Virus record (IMG/VR): IMGVR_UViG_3300036766_001847
Coordinates: 1-53,271 of that record
DNA from: a virus
Lineage: Duplodnaviria; Caudoviricetes
DNA length: 53,271 bases
Direction: 5' to 3' (one strand)
Below the pieces are notes generated by a model. It was not told where the DNA came from. It ran no database searches and worked only from the letters and a program-made list of their open reading frames with translations. Every line of letters starts with the position of its first letter. Position 1 is the stretch's first letter. Of the stretch, positions 17,323 to 26,840 are shown piece by piece. A program made the translations under genes and the position numbers.

Positions 17323-20055
17323 GTGAGAGCCATCACCGACGCCCATGCCGCGGTCCTCGCGCTTCCCCATCGCACCGAGTTCATTCGCGTGCGCGTCCAG
17401 GACGCCGGCGGGGCGTGGCAGGACCTGACCGTCTCCGGCGGAGTCGACTGGCTCGACGAGGTGAGCTGGTCGGGCAATGCGGACAAGCCCTGCCCGTCCG
17501 CCACGGTCATTCTCAAGCGGGAGGTGGGCAAGGCGCTTTCCATGGCCCCGCTGATGGTCGACTCCGCGCTCAACCACGGGTTCGACCCGGCGGCGGCCTA
17601 TTCCCCGCTCATCGCGGACAACCGCGGGGTGAAAATCGAAGCGGCGCTGATGCCCTTCGGCACGAAGCCCGAGAACGTCACCTCGGGTGATTGGGCCCCC
17701 TTCTTCACGGGAGTCATCGACTCGCACGACGCCGGCGCCGGCGACCAGATGAAGGTGGAGATCCGCGGGCTCGCCCGCAGGATGGCGCTCCCGCACGGGT
17801 TCATCCGGAAGGAGCGGGTCTACGCGTACGCCGCGGTGAGCGGCTCGCCGGTCTCGCTCCGAATCTGGGAGCCGAGCACGGCCTACGTGGTCGGCGAGTA
17901 CCTCATTCCGAGCTCGGCGAACCTGACCGGCTACTTCTACAAGTGCACCACCGCCGGGACGTCGGGCACCACCGAGCCGGCCTGGACGGTGCTCGGACCC
18001 TGGAGCGACGGCGGCGCGGTGTGGACCTACCAGGACGCCACGTCGACCGCCGGCTTCGCCATCGAGGCCGTCATCCAGAACATGCTGGACGACAACCTCG
18101 GCGCCGGCGCGGTGGTGCTCTACTGCCCGACCTCGCCCAGCTTCCCCATGTCGCCCTGGAAGCAGGGGCGCGAGGAGTTGCTCGGCGCCATCAGCAAGGC
18201 CGCCATCCAGGCCGCGGGCAGCATCTGCCGGTACCAGTGGCGCGCGGCGACGTCGCAAGAGGAGTTCACCTTCATCACGCCGAACCGCGCCGCCGGCCTC
18301 GGCGACGTGGTTCGCACCTTCACCGCCGACGACTACGAGAAGGTGACGAAGCTACAGGTCGACGGGACGCTCGTCCGCAACAACGTCGACTGCATCTTCT
18401 CCGACGCCTCGGACCTCGACCCCGAGCGCAATCCCGTTAGGAAGCCGGTCAACGCTCAGGACCCGACGAGCATCGCGGCGCATGGCGACCTCTTCATGGA
18501 GCTCACCGAGTCGAGCGCGAGCCACATCGACAGCTCGGCCAAGGCCAGCGCGTTCGCTGCTGCCGCGGTGGCCGACCTGAAGGAGCCGGGCGCAGACCAG
18601 AGCATCGACTTCACGGACAGCTTCCTCTTCGCCGAGCTCGGGGACTACTACACGTTCGCGGCCGACAACCTGCACTACTCGACCGACCAGCAGCGCGCGG
18701 TCTACGGATTCACCCACACCGCACGCGGCGGGACCATCCGCACCAGCATCGATACCCGCGGGAAGCCGAGCATCGGGGTGCTGACCTGGATTCGGTGCCA
18801 GGCGGTGCCGAGCCTCGCCGGTCGGGACGTCCACCAAATGCAGCTCTTCGGGACGCTGCTGCCGCCGGTCATCACCGCATCGCCGATGGTGGGCGGGGCG
18901 CACCTCGAAATCAGCATCACGCCCGACAAGTTGGCGCTGCCCATCGAACATGAGTTCCACCTCTCGAAGACGGCGGGCTTCGAGCCTGACTCGACGACGC
19001 TTGTGGCCGTCGGGAGCCAGCGCACCATTGACATCGGCAACCTGATTCCAGGCGAGGACTACAAGCTGCGGACCATCCAGCGCGGGCGCAACGATTCGAA
19101 GATCGTCCGCGGGCTGCCCGGGCCGGAGCTGAGTTTCACGGCGGGCCGGGCGAGCGCGGGGCACATCATCAGCCGTCTGGACACGAGCAGGAAGCCGCTC
19201 AACGGCTCGTTTGAGACGAGGATCGACCCGACGGGGCTGCCCGACTACTGGCAGTGGACCGGCGGCGGGACGTCGTCGGCCGCGCTGATGATCGACGGCA
19301 ATGCCGCTGCCGGCACCAACTACATGCGGCTGATCAACGATGCCGGCCATGAGGTCGTGCTCTACTCGGCTCTGTACGAGGTGCGGGGCGGAGCGAACTA
19401 CCGCATCGACGTGTGGCACAAAGCCGCGACCGCTCCGAGCACGTTCTTCTTCTACGCGGTCTGGTACGACCAGACGGCGACCGAAGATGATCACAGCACC
19501 GGCGTCCTCTCGACCGATCGCCAGGACTTCGACGCGGCTACCGCGTGGGCTTGCCAGTCGTTCTTCGTGCCCGTGCCATCGGGCGCGCGCTTCGGGCGGA
19601 TCGCGGTTCACATGACCGACGCCGCCTCGCGGACGGTCTACATCGACAACGTGCGAAGCGAGGAACAGCTCGACGTGTTCGATCTGCCGGCGCATGCGAG
19701 CAGCCACCAGTACGGCGGAAGCGACCCGCTCACTCCCGAGGCGTGGATCGGCGTCTCTGGAGGAATTGGCTTCGCGAACTCGTGGGTAAATTACGGCCCC
19801 GGCTATCCGAGTGCCGCATACTGCAAGGACGCAGGGGGATTCGTCCATCTGACCGGACTGGTGAAGTCGGGGACCGTCGGCGCGACGATTTTCACGCTGC
19901 CCGCTGGCTACAGACCATCCAATCAACTGTCATTTGCTTGTGTCTCCAATAGCGCGTTCGGACAGCTCGTCATCAACAGTTCCGGGACGGTATTCGTGTA
20001 CATTGGCAACAACACGAGCGTCTCGCTAGATGGCGTCACCTTCGACACGCGCTGA
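17323..20055 (+). CDS. Tail tip / hub protein with carbohydrate-binding-like and C-terminal receptor-binding-type domains
   Basis: 910 aa; YKCTTAGTSGTTEPAW module, LNGSFE CBM-like start, C-terminal VHLTGLVKSG...IFTLPAGYRP. Confidence 0.75.
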   Translation: MRAITDAHAAVLALPHRTEFIRVRVQDAGGAWQDLTVSGGVDWLDEVSWSGNADKPCPSATVILKREVGKALSMAPLMVDSALNHGFDPAAAYSPLIADNRGVKIEAALMPFGTKPENVTSGDWAPFFTGVIDSHDAGAGDQMKVEIRGLARRMALPHGFIRKERVYAYAAVSGSPVSLRIWEPSTAYVVGEYLIPSSANLTGYFYKCTTAGTSGTTEPAWTVLGPWSDGGAVWTYQDATSTAGFAIEAVIQNMLDDNLGAGAVVLYCPTSPSFPMSPWKQGREELLGAISKAAIQAAGSICRYQWRAATSQEEFTFITPNRAAGLGDVVRTFTADDYEKVTKLQVDGTLVRNNVDCIFSDASDLDPERNPVRKPVNAQDPTSIAAHGDLFMELTESSASHIDSSAKASAFAAAAVADLKEPGADQSIDFTDSFLFAELGDYYTFAADNLHYSTDQQRAVYGFTHTARGGTIRTSIDTRGKPSIGVLTWIRCQAVPSLAGRDVHQMQLFGTLLPPVITASPMVGGAHLEISITPDKLALPIEHEFHLSKTAGFEPDSTTLVAVGSQRTIDIGNLIPGEDYKLRTIQRGRNDSKIVRGLPGPELSFTAGRASAGHIISRLDTSRKPLNGSFETRIDPTGLPDYWQWTGGGTSSAALMIDGNAAAGTNYMRLINDAGHEVVLYSALYEVRGGANYRIDVWHKAATAPSTFFFYAVWYDQTATEDDHSTGVLSTDRQDFDAATAWACQSFFVPVPSGARFGRIAVHMTDAASRTVYIDNVRSEEQLDVFDLPAHASSHQYGGSDPLTPEAWIGVSGGIGFANSWVNYGPGYPSAAYCKDAGGFVHLTGLVKSGTVGATIFTLPAGYRPSNQLSFACVSNSAFGQLVINSSGTVFVYIGNNTSVSLDGVTFDTR

Positions 20056-20069
20056 TCCGCCACCGACCC

Positions 20070-20471
20070 CTATTGAGCTGGTGCGGCGCTGGCGAGGGCA
20101 GCCTTGCAGTCGGTCCGGCCGGCTGCCGTCGTGCAGACGTATGGCTTGCCGCAAGCGGTGAACCGGTACGCGCGCTCGTCTCCACGCGTCCATGCAGCGG
20201 TTTCGACCAGGTGAATGCTGGCCGACGGGCAGCTCGTCTCCAGCGCCAGGCGGTCTGCGGAGATCTTCTGCGCGGTGCGCTCCGTGGATTCCGGCGTCTC
20301 GGAGCACGCGTCAGGGAAGGCCGCCTGCGAACTCGAGCGGCAGAGGAACTGCCGGTCACAGAGGTTCACGGACCAAATGCGAGAGCCGGTGTCGACCTCG
20401 GCGCCGTCCTTTGCGCACTTGGTCTGCTGGGCCACGATGTCGATCGCGGTTTCTTCTGCGACCCCCGCCAT
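20070..20471 (-). CDS. Antisense moron: Cys-containing protein with two internal repeats
   Basis: Repeats DIVAQQTKC...SVNLCDRQFLC and DRLALETSC...RFTACGKPYVC; the only minus-strand gene in the late region. Confidence 0.6.
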   Translation of the reverse strand: MAGVAEETAIDIVAQQTKCAKDGAEVDTGSRIWSVNLCDRQFLCRSSSQAAFPDACSETPESTERTAQKISADRLALETSCPSASIHLVETAAWTRGDERAYRFTACGKPYVCTTAAGRTDCKAALASAAPAQ

Positions 20472-20587
20472 CTCCCGGGCTCGCGCCTTTTCCTTCTCGG
20501 CCCGCCCCTGCGGGAATCCGGAGGGTCATGCGGGAGCAATCTGCCCCCGCCACAGGACCAGCGCAAGCGCCCACCCCACGAAGAGCT

Positions 20588-20609
20588 GTCCACGCCAGAG
20601 GTGAGGATG
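20588..20609 (+). promoter_or_regulatory. Late-module motif, copy 5 (GTCCACG-ccagaggtg-AGGATG)
   Basis: Preceded by AAGAGCT; heads the exported-protein/ECF cassette. Confidence 0.8.
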
Positions 20610-20632
20610 CGAGCCACTCGGAGGTTGTCCGC

Positions 20633-21484
20633 ATGCGCCGCCTCGCCCCCTTCCTCGCCCTCGCCCTGGTGCTCGCCGCCGATCTGGCCTGGGCGGCCAG
20701 CTCGTTCTCTCGATACGAAACCGGGGTGGCGACAACTCGAGCTGCGCCGACGGACGCTGGCGAGGGCGTGCCGGTGCAAAGCCCCGGCGGCCTCTACGCC
20801 GTCACCACCGCCTGTTCGGCGATGGTCTGCGCAGAGCCGGGGGTCACCATCCAGGGCGGCCCGCTGGCGTTCTGGCAGTATGGCCCAGCGAACACCTGGT
20901 CGCCCTCGCCGTCACTCGACGTGGTGCTACCCGACGCAGGCACCAGGTGCGCCACCGCCGAGCCGGTGCCCATCACGTACACGCACGGCCTGATGCTCTG
21001 GCAGCCGAAGGGCCTCAGCCTCGGCGGAGCCACCGATGGCGGCAACACGGTCAGCATCTACTACCAGTGCCTCACTGACGGCCCAGGAGCGCAGCCGCCG
21101 CGACCGCAGAGCACCGCGGTGACCGTGGGCAACCTCGCCGAGGACTCCGCGAATCGGCCGTACGTGTTGCCCATCCAGGCGCTCTGCAGCGCCTACGCCC
21201 AGACCGTGCAGGCTGTGAGCGATGCCGGAGTCTCCGTCCCGAACTCGGCCCAGCCCGGGCGCCGCGGTGTCACGATCTGCAACTCGACCGAGAATACCGG
21301 TGCGCCGAAGTTGAAGTGCTTGGTCAATCCAGACGCGGGTCAGCCCGCAATGGGTCTCACCCAGCCGGGCGACGTTCTCGCTGTCGGCGACTGTGCCACC
21401 TATCCGGTGGATTCGACCGTCCCGGTGAAGTGCGTGAGCGACACCGCCAATACCGCGGCGGCAGCGACGGAGTGCATGCCGTGA
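20633..21484 (+). CDS. Exported Cys-rich protein (283 aa)
   Basis: GGAGG SD; signal peptide MRRLAPFLALALVLAADLAWA; several DAG/DGG motifs. Confidence 0.8.
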   Translation: MRRLAPFLALALVLAADLAWAASSFSRYETGVATTRAAPTDAGEGVPVQSPGGLYAVTTACSAMVCAEPGVTIQGGPLAFWQYGPANTWSPSPSLDVVLPDAGTRCATAEPVPITYTHGLMLWQPKGLSLGGATDGGNTVSIYYQCLTDGPGAQPPRPQSTAVTVGNLAEDSANRPYVLPIQALCSAYAQTVQAVSDAGVSVPNSAQPGRRGVTICNSTENTGAPKLKCLVNPDAGQPAMGLTQPGDVLAVGDCATYPVDSTVPVKCVSDTANTAAAATECMP

Positions 21485-23043
21485 GGAAGTGGCTACTCGG
21501 CATCTCCATCGGCCTCGCGCTCGCCAGCGCTGCGGCGGTGGGCGGCGATCTCCTGATGAGCGCCCCCGGTATGGTGCGCCATTCCGCGAACGCAGCGGCG
21601 CGGGGCTGCGACGTCACCATCACGTCGCCGGCGCTCGACGTCGGGCGCAAGGCCTTCGTGCGCAGCACCGATTCTCTCGGGCTGGCCTTCTCTGGGCTGG
21701 CGCAACACTGCCCGAGCTCCACCATCAGCTACTACCAGCAGGTCGGCGACGGGGGCGAGACGCTGGTCGACGCGGGCACCACCTCCGCCACCGGCGGCTG
21801 GACCTTCAGCCTTGCGGCGACGGACCAGACGTCGACCGTCTTTTCGGCGCGGATGACGTCCGGCGCGCTCACCACCCAAGCCCAGGCCGTCATCGACGCC
21901 GACACCCGGCTCCCGAAGGTGGTCATCGCCTCCCCGGCGCCCGATAGCGCGAGCGTGCTGCGCGTGGTGGCGCCCCTGTGGGACGCGGGCTGTGGAGGGG
22001 GTAACCAGCACGTCATCGACGGAGAGCCCGGGTGGGTCGCGGACACCAGCTGCGCCGATGGCGGCCAGGTGGCGCCCGACATCACGGTCACCGGGGCTTC
22101 GGGGGGCTGGCTGTCGGTCAGCTACGCCGGGACGCCGGTGATCGACGCGGGCATCAACGCCACGCCTAAGCACTTCACCTCGGCCGATCTCGGCGTCTGG
22201 ACCCTGCCCGACCTCACCCGCGGAGACTTGGTCATCACCGCGACCAACGACGCCGGGTCGACGTCGCGCACGCTGCTCACCCGGGTGCTCGCCACCAGCC
22301 CGGCGCCGGTGCTCGGGCCCGACGGCGGGCAGCCATCGGCCGAGCTGCTCGAAGCGCGCGCGGCGAAGGTGAGGCTCTCGTACGTCCTGCCGACCGTGCC
22401 CGCGGGTCTCGACTCGACCACCGAAGTGGCCTGGACCATCAGCGCTCGCCTGGGGGCCTCGCCGACCTACCTCTCGCGCACGAACGTCCTCGTCACCACC
22501 AGCCCGACGGCGATCGCCGACCCGGCGACCGCAGGCCGATCGGCGGTCGCCATTCACAATTGCGCGACGACCGCAGATGGTGGTGGCACCCTCTGGTGCT
22601 CTACCAGCCCGAGCGTCGCTGTCGATGCCGGGGTCCGTATTCCCTTCACCGTGAGCGCCACCTGCAGCTCGACCGACGGAAGCTCCGTGCCCTACCTGTT
22701 CGACACAACGGCGGGGGGTGATGGCGGGCTCGGATGGAACGGGCTCAACTGCGGCGGATTCTCTGGGCCGAATGCAACGCTTTACTGTGTGTCCGAGACG
22801 GGCACCTCTCGCGCGTGGCCGCAGGATCACGGCATCTGCCAAGCGCTCACCGCCACCAACTACATCGGCGGCAACCCACCGATGTGGCAGCGCAGTATCG
22901 ACTGCGCGCTCGATGACGCCGCAGCCTCGCCGCAGGTCTGGGACTGCCAGGGGACGAAGCTCAACGCCGGCCAGACCCGCAGCGTCACGCTCACGCTGCC
23001 GCCGCTGAACACCTACTTCTTCTTGGTGCGCGCGGTCTACTGA
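21481..23043 (+). CDS. Exported Cys-rich, Ig-like beta protein (520 aa)
   Basis: Signal peptide MRKWLLGISIGLALASAAA; VTITSP and VVIASP Ig-like starts; about 10 DAG/DGG motifs. Confidence 0.8.
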   Translation: MRKWLLGISIGLALASAAAVGGDLLMSAPGMVRHSANAAARGCDVTITSPALDVGRKAFVRSTDSLGLAFSGLAQHCPSSTISYYQQVGDGGETLVDAGTTSATGGWTFSLAATDQTSTVFSARMTSGALTTQAQAVIDADTRLPKVVIASPAPDSASVLRVVAPLWDAGCGGGNQHVIDGEPGWVADTSCADGGQVAPDITVTGASGGWLSVSYAGTPVIDAGINATPKHFTSADLGVWTLPDLTRGDLVITATNDAGSTSRTLLTRVLATSPAPVLGPDGGQPSAELLEARAAKVRLSYVLPTVPAGLDSTTEVAWTISARLGASPTYLSRTNVLVTTSPTAIADPATAGRSAVAIHNCATTADGGGTLWCSTSPSVAVDAGVRIPFTVSATCSSTDGSSVPYLFDTTAGGDGGLGWNGLNCGGFSGPNATLYCVSETGTSRAWPQDHGICQALTATNYIGGNPPMWQRSIDCALDDAAASPQVWDCQGTKLNAGQTRSVTLTLPPLNTYFFLVRAVY

Positions 23044-23729
23044 TGCTCTCTCTTCTCGCCCTCCTTCTCGCCGCGGCCCCCGGGGGCGCCCGCCTCGACT
23101 TCGACCCGCAGACGCCGGACGTGGCGGCTGTGAGCGTGGAGCGCGCAGCCGGCGATGGGCGCTGGCACCAGGTGGCGCTCCTGCGCGTGGCGGCCGGCCG
23201 GAGGCTGGTCTACGAGGACCCGGCGGCACCTCCAGGGGCTCGCTACAGGGTGGCGGCACTGGACGCGGTCGGGAACGTGTCGGCACCTCGCGAGCTGCCC
23301 GCCGCGGCCCCTGGCTGCAGCTGGCGGGGCGCCGGGCCCGAGGTCCCCATCTCCTGCGAGCGCGCGTGCGACTGCGCCGCGGCCGGCGCCCGCCTCACCG
23401 CCGCGCGGGTCGAGCTTCTGCGCTACGGCCTGGTCGACGCCCTGGGCCTGGCGGCCGCGCTGGCGGGCCTCGAGGTGCACGTGGTCTCCGCGCCGTCGAT
23501 GCGCGCGCCTGGCGGCGAGGACGCCAGGGGCATCTACCTGCCGGCCGATCACCAGGTGGTCCTCGCCAGGGATATGAGCGCCGCGCTTCACGAGCTGCTC
23601 CACGCCTACTTCCACTTCCGCGGCCACGTCACCGCGCCCAGCGAGCACCCCGAGTGGGCCTCGGACGGGGCGCTGCGCGAGGTGGACCTGCGCTTCCAGG
23701 CCCGGTTCCGGACCCATCCCCTGCCATGA
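23043..23729 (+). CDS. Exported protein with FN3-like domain and HExxH zincin motif
   Basis: Signal-like N-terminus; YRVAALDAVGNVS; ALHELLHAY. Confidence 0.7.
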   Translation: MLSLLALLLAAAPGGARLDFDPQTPDVAAVSVERAAGDGRWHQVALLRVAAGRRLVYEDPAAPPGARYRVAALDAVGNVSAPRELPAAAPGCSWRGAGPEVPISCERACDCAAAGARLTAARVELLRYGLVDALGLAAALAGLEVHVVSAPSMRAPGGEDARGIYLPADHQVVLARDMSAALHELLHAYFHFRGHVTAPSEHPEWASDGALREVDLRFQARFRTHPLP

Positions 23730-24499
23730 CCGACGCCGAGCTGGCCCTCGCAATCCGCAGCGGGTCGCGCTCAGCCCTGGGCGAGGCCTACGTCAGCTGG
23801 CTGCCCTTCGTGCGCAAGCTGCTCTCGGAGCGCCGCGAGACGGTCGACGTGGATGACCTGGTACAGGAGACATTCCTTGGTCTCCCGGGAGAGCTGCGTC
23901 GCCGGTACGATGGCCGGCGGCGCCTAGGGCATCACGTGAAGCGGGCGGTCATGCGCGCGCGCACAATCCACCGCGCCCGGACGGCCACGGGGGGGCCCGT
24001 GATCGCTTGTCGCGCTCCCCTCGAAGACGCGCTCGATGTGCCGGACCGCGGCCGAGAGCCCGAGGGCGAGCTACTGCTTCGCGAGCGCGCGCGGGCCCTC
24101 GCCGAGCTCGTCGACCAGCTCCGTGAACCATACCGCTCTGCCTTCGTGGGTCGGGTCGTCGATCACCAGCGCGCCGCCGACGTGGCCGATGCGGAGGGGA
24201 TCTCGACCAACCTCGCTAACCTCCGCGTGAGCAGGGCGTTCGGGCAGCTCGAGCGGATGGCGCGCGGCACAGTGCTAGGGCCGGCCTTCCGCCGACTCCG
24301 CCGGCCCGCGCAGAAGAATCGCGACGTCGACTGGTCTGCCGTCCGCTCGCTCCTGGCCGATGGGGCGTGGCACTCGCACCATGAGCTCAAGACGGCAGGG
24401 AACTGCGATCGCCTGCCATGGCCGGCGATCGGCGTGGTTGTCGACCGGACCGGGTTCGGCTGCGCCGGCGGCAGCTATCGCCTTCGAAGGCTCCAGTGA
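23726..24499 (+). CDS. ECF-type sigma-70 factor with C-terminal extension (257 aa)
   Basis: TDAELALAIRSGSRSAL, region 2 DDLVQETFL, region 4 LREPYRSAF...AADVADAEGISTNLANLRVSRA. Confidence 0.85.
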   Translation: MTDAELALAIRSGSRSALGEAYVSWLPFVRKLLSERRETVDVDDLVQETFLGLPGELRRRYDGRRRLGHHVKRAVMRARTIHRARTATGGPVIACRAPLEDALDVPDRGREPEGELLLRERARALAELVDQLREPYRSAFVGRVVDHQRAADVADAEGISTNLANLRVSRAFGQLERMARGTVLGPAFRRLRRPAQKNRDVDWSAVRSLLADGAWHSHHELKTAGNCDRLPWPAIGVVVDRTGFGCAGGSYRLRRLQ

Positions 24500-24987
24500 C
24501 GAAGACCCTGATCACCGCCGGCCACCTCGTCGTCGGGCTCCAGGTAGCTTCGCTTTCGGCGTGTGCACCGCTGCCCTGCTTCTTCTGCCCGAATCTCCCG
24601 AAGCCGACATGCACGACGCCGTGCGGCCTTGGCCTCTTCGACTCGGCCGATTGCGCGTCGCTCAACCGCCGCGAGCTCGCCGCCGCCCAGGCGCTGAAGC
24701 CCGTTCTCCACATCGACACCTGCGCCGCGCTATCAGGCTGGAAGGTCCAGACGATGCCGACCGAGAGCTGGGACGCCGCGTACGTCAGCCGCGACAAGTA
24801 TGTCACCGGGCACGTCGCGGGGCAGACGCTGTGCGAGCTGCGCGTCATGCGTCTCGGGCCGAGCTTTGCCGCGCTGGCGCACGAGGCCGTGCACGCATCA
24901 GAGTGCCCGGTGGTGTCGGACTGCTCGACGTGGTCGCTCGAGCGCCTCCAGGCCGTCGAAGCAGCGAATGCGGCGGTGACGCCGTGA
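24496..24987 (+). CDS. Cys-rich lipoprotein with HExxH motif
   Basis: Lipobox LSAC; LAHEAVH; coupled to the sigma gene by GTGA. Confidence 0.7.
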   Translation: MTKTLITAGHLVVGLQVASLSACAPLPCFFCPNLPKPTCTTPCGLGLFDSADCASLNRRELAAAQALKPVLHIDTCAALSGWKVQTMPTESWDAAYVSRDKYVTGHVAGQTLCELRVMRLGPSFAALAHEAVHASECPVVSDCSTWSLERLQAVEAANAAVTP

Positions 24988-25014
24988 CCCAGGGTCCCCA
25001 GAGGAGGTAGCTCG

Positions 25015-26529
25015 ATGCTCGCGACAACTCGCACCACGAAGGGGCTCGGCAACGCGGTGGTCTACGCGCGCTTCCGTGATGTCCTCTGCGGCTACTGGGA
25101 CCAACTCGCCGGGACCTTCGTCCCCGTCGAGAACAGCAACTGCGCGTTCGCCATGGTCGAGTCTGGCGACACGGACCCGGGGACATCTCGTTACCAGTCG
25201 AACATCGTTACGCCGACGGGTTCCTGCCTCGTCGAGTACGTCCGCTCCACGGACTCAGTGGTGCTCGGCGACGAGCGTGTTCCGGTGCTGACGGACGTCT
25301 ATGCGGTCGTCCAGGCGACGGCGTCCAACCTGGTGGCCGCCCGCGACGATCTGCACACTGCGCTCGCGGCGATCGTGCTCTGTGAAGGGGCGCTGAACTT
25401 CGACGTCGGCTACGACGCTGGCGTTGCACTCTCGCGCCTGAGCCCAGCGAGCCTGAACAGCAACCTCTACTGGAAGAACGCCCGAGGCGAGACCGTTCTC
25501 GGAAGCGTCGCCGTCGATGGCGCGTTCGTCGGGTGCGCGCTCTATATCGCGAGCGGCACGGGGGCCGGGCAGTTGCGGACGGTCCTCGGCTACGCCTCCA
25601 CGGACGAGGTCTTCTTTCACGCTCCGTGGGACGTGATGCCGGACGAGAATTCCGAGGTGCAGTTGCTGACGGGGAACTCGCCGTTGCGCGCCAGCCGCAT
25701 CGAGTCGGGGCTCGTCGTGGCGGTCAACGCCAACGCTCCTTGGAAGGACGTCACGCTCGACAAGGACGGCTCGTTCGCGAACAAGCTCCTGAGGCTCACC
25801 GGCGGCGCCGCGGCCGGGCAGATGCGGCTCATCCTCGGCTGGAACAACGACACGAGGGTCGCGCACATCTCGGGGAGCGGGCTCGACGTCCAGCCCGAGA
25901 CGAGCACGACCTATGAAGTCCTGGACATCGACACGCCTGCCGTGGCGATTCCGCCGGCGCTCGGATCCGGGCCCGAGCTGCTCACGGTCACCGTGCTCGG
26001 ACCTGGCGCCGCACCGGTCGCAGCGGTCAAGGTGAGCGCCTACGCGGCCGTCGGAGGGGCGTTGCTGGGCCAGGGCATCACCGACGGGAACGGCGTGGCC
26101 GTCCTCGCGCCTGGCGCCGGCGAGCTGCAGGTGGCGGCCAGCGCACCCGGGCTCATGTTCTCGGTCGCACCGGTGACTGTGACCCCAGGCGTCAACGGAG
26201 CGGCGACCCTGATCGGCTCGGCGGCCAGCCTCCCCGCGGCGACGGACCCTGCCCTCTGCACGCTCTACATGGACCTGCGCGCCTTCGGCTCCGCCGCCGC
26301 CGGAGTGGTGGGCACGCTCGAGCTGGCCAAGATTCCGCAGGTGTTCTCCGCGACGTACCAGTCGGGAGAGGTGCACTCCGCCACGTCGGACGGAACCGGC
26401 CGGCTGACCTGGGCGGACGTCCCGCGCGGCGCGCGCGTCATCGTCCGGGTGCCCGCCTATCTCATCCAAAAGCAGGGGCTGGTGCCCGCCACCGAGACCG
26501 CCGAGGTGAGCGCCCTGGCCTCAATCTGA
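25015..26529 (+). CDS. Probable virion/tail-associated protein with duplicated G.GAGQ.R motif
   Basis: GAGGAGG SD; repeats SGTGAGQLRTVLGY and TGGAAAGQMRLILGW; C-terminal TDGNG/SDGTG beta-sandwich-type segments. Confidence 0.65.
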   Translation: MLATTRTTKGLGNAVVYARFRDVLCGYWDQLAGTFVPVENSNCAFAMVESGDTDPGTSRYQSNIVTPTGSCLVEYVRSTDSVVLGDERVPVLTDVYAVVQATASNLVAARDDLHTALAAIVLCEGALNFDVGYDAGVALSRLSPASLNSNLYWKNARGETVLGSVAVDGAFVGCALYIASGTGAGQLRTVLGYASTDEVFFHAPWDVMPDENSEVQLLTGNSPLRASRIESGLVVAVNANAPWKDVTLDKDGSFANKLLRLTGGAAAGQMRLILGWNNDTRVAHISGSGLDVQPETSTTYEVLDIDTPAVAIPPALGSGPELLTVTVLGPGAAPVAAVKVSAYAAVGGALLGQGITDGNGVAVLAPGAGELQVAASAPGLMFSVAPVTVTPGVNGAATLIGSAASLPAATDPALCTLYMDLRAFGSAAAGVVGTLELAKIPQVFSATYQSGEVHSATSDGTGRLTWADVPRGARVIVRVPAYLIQKQGLVPATETAEVSALASI

Positions 26530-26540
26530 CCGGCTGACCT

Positions 26541-26562
26541 GTCCACGTCCGGGGCGACTATC
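26541..26562 (+). promoter_or_regulatory. Late-module motif, copy 6 (GTCCACG-tccggggcg-ACTATC)
   Basis: Heads the lysis module; ends 6 nt before a GTG at 26569. Confidence 0.65.
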
Positions 26563-26840
26563 GCTCCAGTGATTGCCCAGCTCGTCAACGCGGCGTGGCA
26601 GGTCAAGCTCGCGCTGGGCCTCGGCGCCGCCCTGGGACGCCAGACCGCATCGAGTACGCGAACGGCAAGCCCCCGGGGAGCAGGCCGTGACCGAAGACCG
26701 CCGCCTGCGCTGCTACCTCTGCGGTCGCCGTGGCGCCGTCGTCACTGGCGAGGGCAGAGAGCAGCGCATCGTCTGTCCGATTTCAGAGCGCGAGGCCTGC
26801 CTCCACCTGGTGGCGGAGCGGGCACGAAAGGAGCGCGGTC

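Noticed and set aside
19780-20055. Possible DGR variable region at the tail protein C-terminus
   Set aside because: No reverse transcriptase and no template repeat seen in the window.
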